Shown in pieces: positions 9,599-19,092 of a stretch of 35,398 nt of DNA. Each line of letters begins with the position of its first letter. Position 1 is the first letter of the stretch. Both the position numbers and the translations under genes were made by a program. Source of the stretch: an uncultured Flavobacterium sp. (lineage in GTDB: Bacteria > Bacteroidota > Bacteroidia > Flavobacteriales > Flavobacteriaceae); NCBI GenBank assembly GCA_964485155.1, contig CAZAIL010000001.1, positions 1 to 35,398 on the forward strand, written 5' to 3'. The notes under the pieces are model-generated. The model was not told the origin of the DNA and searched no databases. It worked only from the letters and a program-made list of their open reading frames with translations.

Positions 9599-11305
9599 AT
9601 GGAGCATTTTATCGTTTCTGCGCGTAAATACAGACCTCAAAATTTTGAGGATGTTATTGGACAGCAAACCATTACAAATACTCTAGAAAATGCAATAAAA
9701 AGCAATCATCTAGCACAAGCTTTACTCTTTACAGGACCAAGGGGAGTTGGAAAAACTTCTTGTGCAAGAATTTTAGCTAAAAGAATCAATCAGGAAGGGG
9801 CAACTTCAAATAACGAAGATTTTGCCTTTAATATTTTTGAGTTAGATGCTGCTTCAAATAATTCTGTAGATGACATTAGAAGTCTAACTGATCAGGTTAG
9901 AATTCCACCTCAAACTGGGAGTTATAAAGTCTATATCATTGATGAGGTTCATATGTTATCTCAAGCTGCTTTTAATGCATTTTTAAAAACTTTAGAAGAA
10001 CCACCAGCTCATGCTATTTTTATTTTAGCAACTACTGAAAAACACAAAATTATTCCTACAATTTTATCTCGGTGCCAAATTTTTGATTTTAAAAGAATTA
10101 CCGTCTTAGATACTAAAAATTATCTAAAAACAATTGCTGAAAAGGAAGGAATTACTGCAGATGATGATGCCTTACACATCATCGCCCAAAAAGCAGATGG
10201 TGCCATGCGTGATGCCTTATCAATTTTTGATAGAGTCATAAGTTTTTCTGGAAAAAATTTAACTCGTGAAGCAGTTACACAAAACTTAAATGTCTTAGAT
10301 TATGATAGTTATTTCAAAATGACAGATTTGTTGTTAGAAAATAAAATTCCAGACGTTTTAAATAACTTTAACAGCATATTAGCTAAAGGCTTTGAAGGTC
10401 ACCATTTTATAAACGGATTGGCTTCACACTTTAGAGATATATTGGTCGCTAAAGATACTGCAACAATCGATTTACTTGAAGTTGGTGATAATGCAAAAAA
10501 AAAATACTTAGATCAGTCTTCTAAAGCATCTATTACATTTCTTATACAATCTATAGAAAAAACCAATCAATGTGATTTAAATTATAAGATTAGTAAAAAC
10601 CAACGACTACTTGTAGAGTTAACATTAATGCAAATTGCCTCTATCACTTTTGATGGAGAAAAAAAAAAGTCAACTAACTACATAATTCCTGCTACTTTTT
10701 TTACTTCGTTATCTCCAATAAAAAAACAGAATACTATTGTAAAAGTAAGACCTGTAGTTATTAAAAAGGAAGTCATAAAAGATGTTATTAAACAAGTAAT
10801 ATCTCCAGAAATACCTACTGCAAAACCTCCGGTTTTACAAAATCTTAAAAGAAGGAGTAATTCGCTTTCACTAAAAAGTATACATCAAAAAAAAGAACAG
10901 CAAAAGACGTTACTTGAAGTTAATTATGATAATCATCCGAAAGATTCTTTTACGGAAAAAGAATTGCAAAAAACTTGGAGTGATTATCAAAAATTACTAA
11001 TTAAAAAAGGGGAAAAAAGTATGGCTTCAATTCTTGCTGCAGACCTGCCATCACTAAAAGAAAACTTTCACGTTAAATTTATGCTTCCTAACAAACTCAT
11101 GGAAGATCAGTTAAAGCTTGGAAGACCCAAACTCATAAAGTTTTTAAGAGAGTCTCTAAATAACTTTGGAATCACTATTAACGTTGTAGTCAATGAATCA
11201 GTAGAAAAGAAATTTGCCTATACTCCTCAAGAGAAATACAATAAGTTAAAAAAGAAAAATCCTTTCCTTAAAAAACTGAAGGATACTTTTCAGTTAGATT
11301 TGTAA
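9599..11305 (+). CDS. dnaX: DNA polymerase III subunit gamma/tau
   Basis: ARKYRPQ, Walker A GPRGVGKT, ELDAAS, Walker B IIDEVHML, LKTLEEPP, SRC motif. Start reassigned to MEHFIVSARKY. Confidence 0.96.
   Translation: MEHFIVSARKYRPQNFEDVIGQQTITNTLENAIKSNHLAQALLFTGPRGVGKTSCARILAKRINQEGATSNNEDFAFNIFELDAASNNSVDDIRSLTDQVRIPPQTGSYKVYIIDEVHMLSQAAFNAFLKTLEEPPAHAIFILATTEKHKIIPTILSRCQIFDFKRITVLDTKNYLKTIAEKEGITADDDALHIIAQKADGAMRDALSIFDRVISFSGKNLTREAVTQNLNVLDYDSYFKMTDLLLENKIPDVLNNFNSILAKGFEGHHFINGLASHFRDILVAKDTATIDLLEVGDNAKKKYLDQSSKASITFLIQSIEKTNQCDLNYKISKNQRLLVELTLMQIASITFDGEKKKSTNYIIPATFFTSLSPIKKQNTIVKVRPVVIKKEVIKDVIKQVISPEIPTAKPPVLQNLKRRSNSLSLKSIHQKKEQQKTLLEVNYDNHPKDSFTEKELQKTWSDYQKLLIKKGEKSMASILAADLPSLKENFHVKFMLPNKLMEDQLKLGRPKLIKFLRESLNNFGITINVVVNESVEKKFAYTPQEKYNKLKKKNPFLKKLKDTFQLDL
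10659..10685 (+). other. Putative recoding site (A10 run ending A-AAA-AAG) producing the gamma subunit
   Basis: GAT GGA GAA AAA AAA AAG TCA ACT AAC: ten As at 10659-10668; -1 frame TAA at 10675-10677, +1 frame TAA at 10683-10685. Confidence 0.7.
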
Positions 11306-11311
11306 TTTTTT

Positions 11312-11590
11312 TTAGATTTTTTGTCCAACATAAACCAAAACAGCATCTTTTTTAGGAAATTTTTTAGACTTAAATTCAGACAATACAAAAATATTGTTAT
11401 CAACGGTTTTTACAAATAGTGGAATAGATTCTAGTTGCATATCCAATTTTTCTAGGGTTTCTTTATAATCTTTATCTGAATGTATTGGTATTTCATAAAG
11501 ATTTGATAAATTTCTAACCAGCTCTCTTAAGCTAACATAATCATCCACTGGTGAAAAAAAATGGTTTTTATGATCAAAATTTTTATTTTT
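11312..11590 (-). pseudogene. Remnant resembling the C-terminal cytoplasmic tail of a flavobacterial cation:proton antiporter
   Basis: Reads FFSPVDDYVSLRELVRN...IPLFVK...LVYVGQKI, a pattern I recognise from the C-terminus of flavobacterial NhaP-type antiporters; no membrane domain upstream and an in-frame TGA near 11628. Confidence 0.55.
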
Positions 11591-11615
11591 TTCTTTGCAT
11601 GAAAGTACTATCTTG

Positions 11616-11623
11616 TACTTTTG
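11616..11623 (+). promoter_or_regulatory. -7 promoter element for the USP-SulP operon
   Basis: TACTTTTG, with a TTTG (-33-like) at 11594-11597. Confidence 0.6.
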
Positions 11624-11643
11624 ATATCATAAAATAATTACAA

Positions 11644-12477
11644 TTGCAAAGCATAAAAAAAATTTTAGTTGGAATTGCTTTTTCACCAAATTTAAAGCCA
11701 AATATTTTTGAAGCTGTTCGATTAGCTAATATGTTTGAAGCTCAGCTTGTTGGTGTTCATGTTGGTGAAAAAACAATTGAAAAAGAACAGCAATTATCAG
11801 AATTAATTTCAGAAGCACCCATCTTAAAATTCCCTATAAAAACAGTTTGGCAAAAAGGAAAACCTGTAGATATAATTCTGCAAACAAGTGTAGAAGAAAA
11901 TATTGATCTACTAATTTTAGGGGCTTTGCAACAAGAAAATTTATACAAATACTATGTTGGATCAGTCGCTAGAGAATTAACAAGAAAAGCCAATTGCTCT
12001 GTATTATTACTTATAAAGCCGTCTATAGAAAGAGTTAAATGCAATCACATAGTCGTAAATGGTTTAAAAGACAAAAAAACAATAGAAACAATACAAGCTT
12101 CTTTTTTAGTCTCTAAAGCATTAGTATGTAAAAGAATTACCATAGTAGAAGAAATTAGCCAAAAAGAAATTGAGGTGATAGTTTCTGATGATCACTCATT
12201 ACGAAAAGCAACCATTGAAAAAGAAAAGTTAAAAAGAAGAGAAGATTCTAGAGTCCATAAAATACTAGAAACAATTGATACTGAAGGGGTTTCTATAAAG
12301 ATTCAAAGTATTTTTGGAAAGCGTGGGTACTCAATTGGGCATTATGCCAAAGTGAAAAGAGCTGATTTGTTAGTTATGAATGCTCCCTCAAAAACCACAA
12401 TTTTAGATAGAATTTTCCCTCATGATATTGAGTATATCCTCACAGAACTTCCTACAGATGTTTTAATTGTAAAATAA
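11644..12477 (+). CDS. Universal stress protein (tandem USP domains)
   Basis: KKILVGIAFS N-terminus, IDLLILGA...YYVGSVARELTRKANCSVLLL, second domain ADLLVMN...LPTDVLIVK; TTG start. Confidence 0.88.
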   Translation: MQSIKKILVGIAFSPNLKPNIFEAVRLANMFEAQLVGVHVGEKTIEKEQQLSELISEAPILKFPIKTVWQKGKPVDIILQTSVEENIDLLILGALQQENLYKYYVGSVARELTRKANCSVLLLIKPSIERVKCNHIVVNGLKDKKTIETIQASFLVSKALVCKRITIVEEISQKEIEVIVSDDHSLRKATIEKEKLKRREDSRVHKILETIDTEGVSIKIQSIFGKRGYSIGHYAKVKRADLLVMNAPSKTTILDRIFPHDIEYILTELPTDVLIVK

Positions 12478-14669
12478 TGACTAAAAAAAGCCCTATTAAA
12501 ACATTCGTTGGTGAGCTTCCAAGAAATATTTTTTCTGGATTTGTAGTATCATTAGTGGCTTTACCTTTAGGATTAGGCTTAGCTTTAGCATCAGGTGCTC
12601 CTCCAATTTCTGGAATCATTGCAGCCATTGTTGGTGGATTAGTATGTACTGTTTTAGGAGGATCTAACGTAACGATTACTGGACCAGGTAATGGTTTAGT
12701 TGTTGTTATTTTAAGTGCTATCACCATCCTAGGAGAAGGAAATATGTATGAAGGATACTTATACACGCTAGCAGCAATTATTATTTCAGGTGCATTAATG
12801 TTTATACTAGGAGTTCTTAGGTTAGGATCATTGAGTAATTTCTTTCCATCATCTGCTATTCAAGGAATGTTAGCTGCTATTGGGATTGGAATTTTAGCAA
12901 AACAAATACATGTAATGCTTGGAAATCTAAAAGCAACTGGAAGTATACTTGAGCTTCTGTTCTTTATTCCAGCAGACCTATTGATATTTATTAAAACAGC
13001 TGACAAAAGTGTTATTTACGCTGGATCTGTTGGTATTGTTAGCTTGTTAATTATGGTGTTTTATAGTAAAATAAGAAATAAATACTTTCAATTAGTGCCT
13101 GCACCCATGTGGATTGTACTTGTTAGTATTGGAATGTATTATTATTTTGAAATGTTTTCAACTGAAACGTATCCTATCACAGACCAATACATGATTAATT
13201 TACCAGATAAAATTTTTGGTGAATTTCCTCAGCCAAATTTCACTAAATTATTTACCTATGAATTTTCTAGCGCAGTTATAGCCATTACTTTAATTGCAAG
13301 TATTGAATCTTTGTTAAGTATAAAAGCAGTAGATAAGCTAGATCCTGAGAAAAGAAGATCTAATGTAAATAAAGACATCCGATCGTTGGGAATTGCCACA
13401 GTAATTAGTGGTTTTTTAGGGGGCTTAAATGTAGTTACAGTAATTGCGCGTAGTTCTGTAAATGTAAATAACAGAGGAAGCAATAGATCTGCAAACTTTT
13501 TTCATGCACTTTTTCTTGTTGCATTTATTGTTTTATTTGCTGGTGAATTAAGGCATATTCCTCTATCCGCATTGGCAGCAATATTAGTATATACAGGATA
13601 TAAACTAGCTTCACCAGAAAATATTAAAAAAACGTTTAAAGTAGGTTCAGAACAATTAATCATATTCTTAGTCACGTTAATTATAACAGTACTTACAAAT
13701 TTAATAAGTGGAATTCTGATAGGTATATTCACCACGTTTATTATTCATATAATCATTAATAAAAATATTTCATTATTCATTAGAAATTTATTGAAACCTA
13801 ATGTTTTAATGTTTGAAGAAGATGAAAAATACTTTGTAAGTGTAGACAATTTCTCTAGTTTTCTTAACTACTCTAAGTTAAAGTCTAAATTAGATCAAAT
13901 TGCAGAAACCGAAGATGTTATTATAGATTTTTCTATGTGTGATTTTGTAGACCATACTGTAATGGAAAATATACACAGTTATTCTGAAAGCTTTAAACGA
14001 AAAGGAGGCCATTTTGAAGTTATTGGGCTAGACGGATATAAATCTGGTAGCACTCACCCTTTTGCCCTTCGTAAATTTGTTATAGGAAAGCCTAAAGGAA
14101 AAAACATAACTCTTACAAAAAGACAAAAATCTTTGTATAAAATTAGTGAGGAATTACATTGGGATTATAACTCTGTTTACAAAAAAGAAATTAAAGAGCT
14201 ACATAACTTTGGTTATTTTAAAACCAGGCAGATCACAAAAATATCAAATGCCTTATCAAATGAACAATGCACTTTGTTTGATATAGAGTTCTCTGAGGGA
14301 GAATTAATTGCCAAACAAAATGTAAAAGCTACAATGTTATATATTGAATTAAAAAATATTATTCCTCAATTTACATTAGATAGAGAAGGTATTTTTGAAT
14401 ATATCATTCATTTTGCTGGATTTAAAGATATAGATATTGGGGAGCATCCAGATTTTTCTAAACGCTTTTATTTATCTGGAAAAAACGAAGAAAAAATTAG
14501 AAAATTCTTTAGCGATGAACTTATTTTATTTTTTGAAAGCAATAAGTACTACCATATAGAATCTAATGAAAAAGGATTGCTTATTCTTGGTAATGAACGT
14601 TTAGCTGGAGTGAAAGAGATTAAAGCTTTGGCAGATTTTGGACTTAGGTTAAAGCAACATATTTCATAA
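12477..14669 (+). CDS. SulP/SLC26 inorganic anion transporter with STAS domain and C-terminal extension
   Basis: SGFVVSLVALPLGLGLALASGAPP, ITGPG, IESLLS, VIARSSVN; STAS VIIDFSMCDFVDHT; coupled to the USP gene by TAATG overlap. Confidence 0.93.
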   Translation: MTKKSPIKTFVGELPRNIFSGFVVSLVALPLGLGLALASGAPPISGIIAAIVGGLVCTVLGGSNVTITGPGNGLVVVILSAITILGEGNMYEGYLYTLAAIIISGALMFILGVLRLGSLSNFFPSSAIQGMLAAIGIGILAKQIHVMLGNLKATGSILELLFFIPADLLIFIKTADKSVIYAGSVGIVSLLIMVFYSKIRNKYFQLVPAPMWIVLVSIGMYYYFEMFSTETYPITDQYMINLPDKIFGEFPQPNFTKLFTYEFSSAVIAITLIASIESLLSIKAVDKLDPEKRRSNVNKDIRSLGIATVISGFLGGLNVVTVIARSSVNVNNRGSNRSANFFHALFLVAFIVLFAGELRHIPLSALAAILVYTGYKLASPENIKKTFKVGSEQLIIFLVTLIITVLTNLISGILIGIFTTFIIHIIINKNISLFIRNLLKPNVLMFEEDEKYFVSVDNFSSFLNYSKLKSKLDQIAETEDVIIDFSMCDFVDHTVMENIHSYSESFKRKGGHFEVIGLDGYKSGSTHPFALRKFVIGKPKGKNITLTKRQKSLYKISEELHWDYNSVYKKEIKELHNFGYFKTRQITKISNALSNEQCTLFDIEFSEGELIAKQNVKATMLYIELKNIIPQFTLDREGIFEYIIHFAGFKDIDIGEHPDFSKRFYLSGKNEEKIRKFFSDELILFFESNKYYHIESNEKGLLILGNERLAGVKEIKALADFGLRLKQHIS

Positions 14670-14678
14670 TAGTATATC

Positions 14679-15449
14679 ATGAAATATAGTATTCATCTAT
14701 TACTTTTCACAACATTATTTCTTGGAGATATAGACAATAAAATATATTCCTTAAGAAAGTACAGTCATGTAAAAACATTTTATAAAAGCATTGCTAAAAA
14801 AGCAACTAAAATTTGTTTAGAAAACAATATTCCTCCTGCATCTTTGTTAGCCATTGCCGGATTAGAATCTGGCTGGAACCAGGGCTATATTGGTAAAATA
14901 TCAGGGAATATATTAAGCTTAAATAGTACCAAAAAAAACAGACAACTTCCGGCACTATATTTACCAACTCTCATAAAAGAAAATAAAGTTTTATTTGACT
15001 CCGTGAAAATAAAAAACTACAAGCCGACTGAATTAAGTTGGAAAAAACGCCCTGAAAGTTATAAGAAAGATTATAGGCCTTTACCCTTTAGGGCTACTAC
15101 TTTTAATTTAGCTTATTTTGAAAATAATCCAACAGAAAAAACAAAAGCCCACCTTCAAAATATTACTGATTTTGTTACTACTTTTATTGGTCGAAAAAGT
15201 AGGTTAAAAGTGTACAGAAATGCAAGAAAAAAAATGGACAGTTTGGTGAATATTCATGGAAAGAAAATATTATTAGAAGAAAAAACATCCAATGATTTTG
15301 TCAATTTAATAAGTGGCAAAATTAATTCCTACAACTTTAGAGAAACTTGGCCAAAAAAAGTAATAAACATCATTAAAAAAGCTGGACTAATAGAGCTTAC
15401 AAAACAATTAAATAATGGCGAATCTTTTATGGAAGCTTGGAATAAATAA
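14679..15449 (+). CDS. Glucosaminidase (GH73-like) domain protein, putative peptidoglycan hydrolase
   Basis: IPPASLLAIAGLESGW followed by GNILSL matches the GH73 catalytic-Glu region; hydrophobic N-terminus. Confidence 0.7.
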   Translation: MKYSIHLLLFTTLFLGDIDNKIYSLRKYSHVKTFYKSIAKKATKICLENNIPPASLLAIAGLESGWNQGYIGKISGNILSLNSTKKNRQLPALYLPTLIKENKVLFDSVKIKNYKPTELSWKKRPESYKKDYRPLPFRATTFNLAYFENNPTEKTKAHLQNITDFVTTFIGRKSRLKVYRNARKKMDSLVNIHGKKILLEEKTSNDFVNLISGKINSYNFRETWPKKVINIIKKAGLIELTKQLNNGESFMEAWNK

Positions 15450-15457
15450 CAATAAAA

Positions 15458-16039
15458 ATGCTTGGATTAAAATTTAAAACATCAACATCTTGGGTAGTAA
15501 TCGCCAAAGACAACTTAGAACAAATACTCACAGATCATGCTTTTGCAGAACAAAAAGCATCGGCAAATGCGATTTCGATTATCATTAATTATTCTGAGGA
15601 AACTGAGTTAGTGAAAGATATGACAGATATCGCCTTAGAAGAGTTAGAGCATTTCAAAATGGTTCACCAATTAATGATAAAAAGAGGAATGGTATTAGGC
15701 AGAGAGCAGCACAACGATTATGCAAAATCTCTACAGAAATTTTTTCCAAAAACAAAAGATAGACAAACAGCTCTAATTCATAGATTATTAGTAGCAGCAT
15801 TAATTGAAGCCAGAAGTTGTGAACGTTTTAAAGTGTTTTCTGAAAATATGGAAGATGAAGAACTTTCCGAATTTTATAAAGATTTAATGATCTCTGAAGC
15901 AAATCATTATACGCTATTTTTGAGTTACGCTAGAAAATATATGAACAGAAGCATTGTAGATGAAAAATGGAAAAACCTGCTAGAGTTTGAAGCAGAAATG
16001 ATGAAAACTAGAGGAAATACAGCTAAAGTTCACGGCTAA
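15458..16039 (+). CDS. miaE: tRNA-(ms2io6A) hydroxylase
   Basis: LTDHAFAEQKA, EELEHF, LIEARSCERF and SEANHY di-iron ligand motifs. Confidence 0.92.
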   Translation: MLGLKFKTSTSWVVIAKDNLEQILTDHAFAEQKASANAISIIINYSEETELVKDMTDIALEELEHFKMVHQLMIKRGMVLGREQHNDYAKSLQKFFPKTKDRQTALIHRLLVAALIEARSCERFKVFSENMEDEELSEFYKDLMISEANHYTLFLSYARKYMNRSIVDEKWKNLLEFEAEMMKTRGNTAKVHG

Positions 16040-16070
16040 ATAAATATTAATTAAAACAATAATTTTAGTC

Positions 16071-16505
16071 ATGTTTAGTAAAGAAGATTCTGCTATACTT
16101 AGAAAAGAATTTTGGACTAGTTTTGGAAAATCCTTTCCAAGAAAATGGCTGCTTTACAATACCAAAATAAAAGGATTAAATTTTAAATTTGTTGCTGACA
16201 GAAAAAAAGCAATGATTTGTCTAGATATTGAAAATTCTGATGAAATTGCAAGTGAAATTGTTTATGATCAAATCCTTTCTTTAAAAACCATTTTAATTGA
16301 AGAATACTTGCCAGAAGTAATTTTTGATGGCTCCTATGAATTAGAAAATGGTAAAATCATTCGTCGTATTTACATCAATCATACAGAAAAATTTAGCATT
16401 TATAACAAAAACACTTGGAGGTCTTGTTATGAATTCTATGTGAAATTCATGCCGAAATTTGAACTTTTCTTTTATGAATATGAAGATGTAATTGACTGTA
16501 TTTAA
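16071..16505 (+). CDS. DUF4268 family protein
   Basis: MFSKE...RKEFWTSFGK...KWLLYNTKIKG N-terminus characteristic of the Bacteroidetes DUF4268 family. Confidence 0.75.
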   Translation: MFSKEDSAILRKEFWTSFGKSFPRKWLLYNTKIKGLNFKFVADRKKAMICLDIENSDEIASEIVYDQILSLKTILIEEYLPEVIFDGSYELENGKIIRRIYINHTEKFSIYNKNTWRSCYEFYVKFMPKFELFFYEYEDVIDCI

Positions 16506-16526
16506 AATAATATTTAAAAATATTAT

Positions 16527-16867
16527 AATAAGAATTTACTGCTAAGTAGGTAATTTGATTATTGATTGTTACTAGCACTTAACACTTGTAATTATTAGGT
16601 CAATTTTATAAAATACTCCAATAGTAATAAATCTAAGATGTTCTAAACCAAATAACTAGACTGATGGTATACAGATTAACAAATACAAAAATCTTGAAAT
16701 TCTAATATTTAAGATTGCTTTCTGAGTCTATCCATACCAAATATTTCATCTTTTTTAACTAACCAAAGAATTATCAGAACAATAAATCCAACAATACCAA
16801 TTACAAAACCTATTAGTTAATTTAAATTTGTGAACACTTATAATAGTATATTTTCTTTCCTTACTAT
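16527..16867 (-). pseudogene. Decayed DUF4870-like membrane protein gene
   Basis: Manual translation: RKENILL*VFTNLN*LIGFVIGIVGFIVLIILWLVKKDEIFGMD, frameshift, KAILNIRISRFLYLLICIPSV*LFGL; several stops and frameshifts; ends approximate. Confidence 0.7.
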
Positions 16868-16952
16868 GGTATTAAATTGGTCAATTGTATACTTTTTAGA
16901 TGTTAAAGAAGACTTCTTGTGACACTTTAGGTTATAAAATACAATGAACTTG

Positions 16953-16960
16953 TATATTTG
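16953..16960 (+). promoter_or_regulatory. -7 promoter element directly ahead of the mnmE start
   Basis: TATATTTG-TACT-ATG. Confidence 0.6.
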
Positions 16961-16964
16961 TACT

Positions 16965-18356
16965 ATGATTCAAAACGATTCTATTATAGCTTTAGCTACA
17001 CCATCAGGAATAGGTGCCATTTCGGTAATTCGTATCTCAGGAGAAGATGCAATAGATATACTTTCAAAGTTCTTTACTTCTAAAAGTGGTAAAATATTAA
17101 AGAATCAAAACACACACACAATTCATCTAGGACATATTATAGATAACCTTAGAATTATTGATGAAGTACTAGTATCTATTTTTAAAAATCCACGCTCATA
17201 TACGGGAGAAAATGTTGTAGAAATATCATGTCATGGTTCTAGTTTTATTCAACAAGAAATCATTCAATTATTTCTAAAGAATGGTTGTAGAATGGCAGAC
17301 AATGGAGAATTTACCATGAGGGCATTCTTAAATGGAAAAATGGATTTAAGCCAGGCAGAAGCAGTTGCAGATGTAATTGCATCAAATTCTGCAGCATCAC
17401 ATCAAATGGCAATACAGCAGATGCGTGGTGGAATTACAAACGAATTAAAAGAGCTAAGAGCTCAATTGTTAGATTTTGCAGCTTTAATAGAATTAGAATT
17501 AGATTTTTCAGGTGAAGATGTTGAGTTTGCAGACAGAGCAAAATTTAAAGAATTGGTAAGCACTATTACTTCAGTTTTAAAACGTTTAATAGAGAGTTTT
17601 TCTTTTGGAAATGCGATGAAAAATGGAATACCTGTTGCTATTATAGGTGAACCTAATGTTGGAAAATCTACCTTATTAAATACCTTATTAAACGAAGAAA
17701 AAGCAATTGTATCTGATATTGCAGGAACAACAAGAGATGCTATTGAAGATGAAATCATTATTGATGGTGTTGCATTTAGATTTATAGATACAGCTGGAAT
17801 TAGAGAAACTAATGATGTTATAGAAAGTATTGGAATTAAAAAAGCCTACGAAAAAGCAGAAAACGCACAATTAATTATCTTCCTGATTGATTCTAATAAG
17901 TTTTCTACATCTAAAGAGGTTTTTCAAACAGAAATAGAAACTATTAAAAAGCGATTTCCTAACAAGCGATTATTACTTATTGCTAATAAGATAGATGCTC
18001 TTTCAACAATAGAAAAAGAGGAGATTACATCACAAATTGATGAAATACTACTGCTTTCAGCGAAACAAAAAATTGGAATAGATACTCTTCATGAAGAACT
18101 TACTTCTTTAGTAAACAAAGGGGCTTTGAGTAATAATGAAACAATCGTAACTAATTCTCGTCATTTTGAAGCACTAAACAACGCGCTAGAAGCAATTATA
18201 TCTGTTAAAAAAGGTATTAATTTAGAAATCTCTACAGACTTGTTTTCTATTGATATTAGAGAATGCTTAAGACATCTAGGAAATATTACTGGAGAATATG
18301 ATGTGGACAAAGATATTTTAGGACATATCTTTTCCAATTTTTGTATTGGAAAGTAA
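16965..18356 (+). CDS. mnmE: tRNA modification GTPase MnmE (TrmE)
   Basis: IIALATPSG, SYTGEN, GEFTMRAFLNGKMDL, G1 GEPNVGKS, GTTRD, DTAGIR, NKID, terminal FCIGK. Start reassigned to ATG 16965. Confidence 0.97.
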   Translation: MIQNDSIIALATPSGIGAISVIRISGEDAIDILSKFFTSKSGKILKNQNTHTIHLGHIIDNLRIIDEVLVSIFKNPRSYTGENVVEISCHGSSFIQQEIIQLFLKNGCRMADNGEFTMRAFLNGKMDLSQAEAVADVIASNSAASHQMAIQQMRGGITNELKELRAQLLDFAALIELELDFSGEDVEFADRAKFKELVSTITSVLKRLIESFSFGNAMKNGIPVAIIGEPNVGKSTLLNTLLNEEKAIVSDIAGTTRDAIEDEIIIDGVAFRFIDTAGIRETNDVIESIGIKKAYEKAENAQLIIFLIDSNKFSTSKEVFQTEIETIKKRFPNKRLLLIANKIDALSTIEKEEITSQIDEILLLSAKQKIGIDTLHEELTSLVNKGALSNNETIVTNSRHFEALNNALEAIISVKKGINLEISTDLFSIDIRECLRHLGNITGEYDVDKDILGHIFSNFCIGK

Positions 18357-18389
18357 TTAAGCGTACATTAAAACTAAGAAGGAGAATAT

Positions 18390-19085
18390 TTATAATAAAT
18401 CTAATCGCTTTATTAGAATAGATTTTTTCCAATTACTTATAGGTACTATTTCTTTTTGAACAATAACAGTATTGTCTAAAATGTCAATAATTTGCATGGT
18501 ATTTATAATAAAAGATCGATGAACTTGCATAAACATATTATCGGGTAGTTTATCATTAATTTTTCTTAATGTAGAATGAACTACATAATTTTCTACTTCA
18601 GTTTTAATGATTACGTAATCTCCACTAGCTTCAATTACATGAATAGAATCAATTTCAATTTTTACAAGACGTTTGTTTACGTTAATATAAAAAGCTTTAT
18701 TTATCTCAAGCTGTTTAGTTACATCAGTTGAAGAGACTAATTTATTAGTAACTTTAGAAATAGATTTCTTAAACCTAGAGATTTCTATAGGTTTGAGGAG
18801 ATAGTCTATAATAAAATCATATTCGAACGCTTCAATCGCAAATTTTGGATCGGATGTTGTTAAGATGATATTTATTGGTTTTTTTAGAGTTTTAATAAAA
18901 TCTAAACCATTAAAACTTGGCATATGATAATCTAAAAAAACAAGATCTACTTCGTATTTATTTAAAAACTTAATAGCATCTATTGCATTACTAAATTCAT
19001 TAATAACATTTAAATTTGTTTGGTCACAAAGAGTTTTCAGAATAACTCTGGAGACCTTTTCGTCATCAATAATAATACAATTCAT
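18390..19085 (-). CDS. LytTR-family response regulator, copy 1 (divergent C-terminus)
   Basis: Receiver IIDDE / LVFLDYHMP / DYLLKP and LytTR QVHRSFIIN; ends VPISNWKK. Confidence 0.92.
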   Translation of the reverse strand: MNCIIIDDEKVSRVILKTLCDQTNLNVINEFSNAIDAIKFLNKYEVDLVFLDYHMPSFNGLDFIKTLKKPINIILTTSDPKFAIEAFEYDFIIDYLLKPIEISRFKKSISKVTNKLVSSTDVTKQLEINKAFYINVNKRLVKIEIDSIHVIEASGDYVIIKTEVENYVVHSTLRKINDKLPDNMFMQVHRSFIINTMQIIDILDNTVIVQKEIVPISNWKKSILIKRLDLL

Positions 19086-19092
19086 AAAGGGG

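Noticed and set aside
6896-16964. Upstream starts in the ORF track at 6896, 9572 and 16944
   Set aside because: The extensions overlap promoter-like motifs and precede the conserved N-termini; ATGs at 6944, 9599 and 16965 are preferred.
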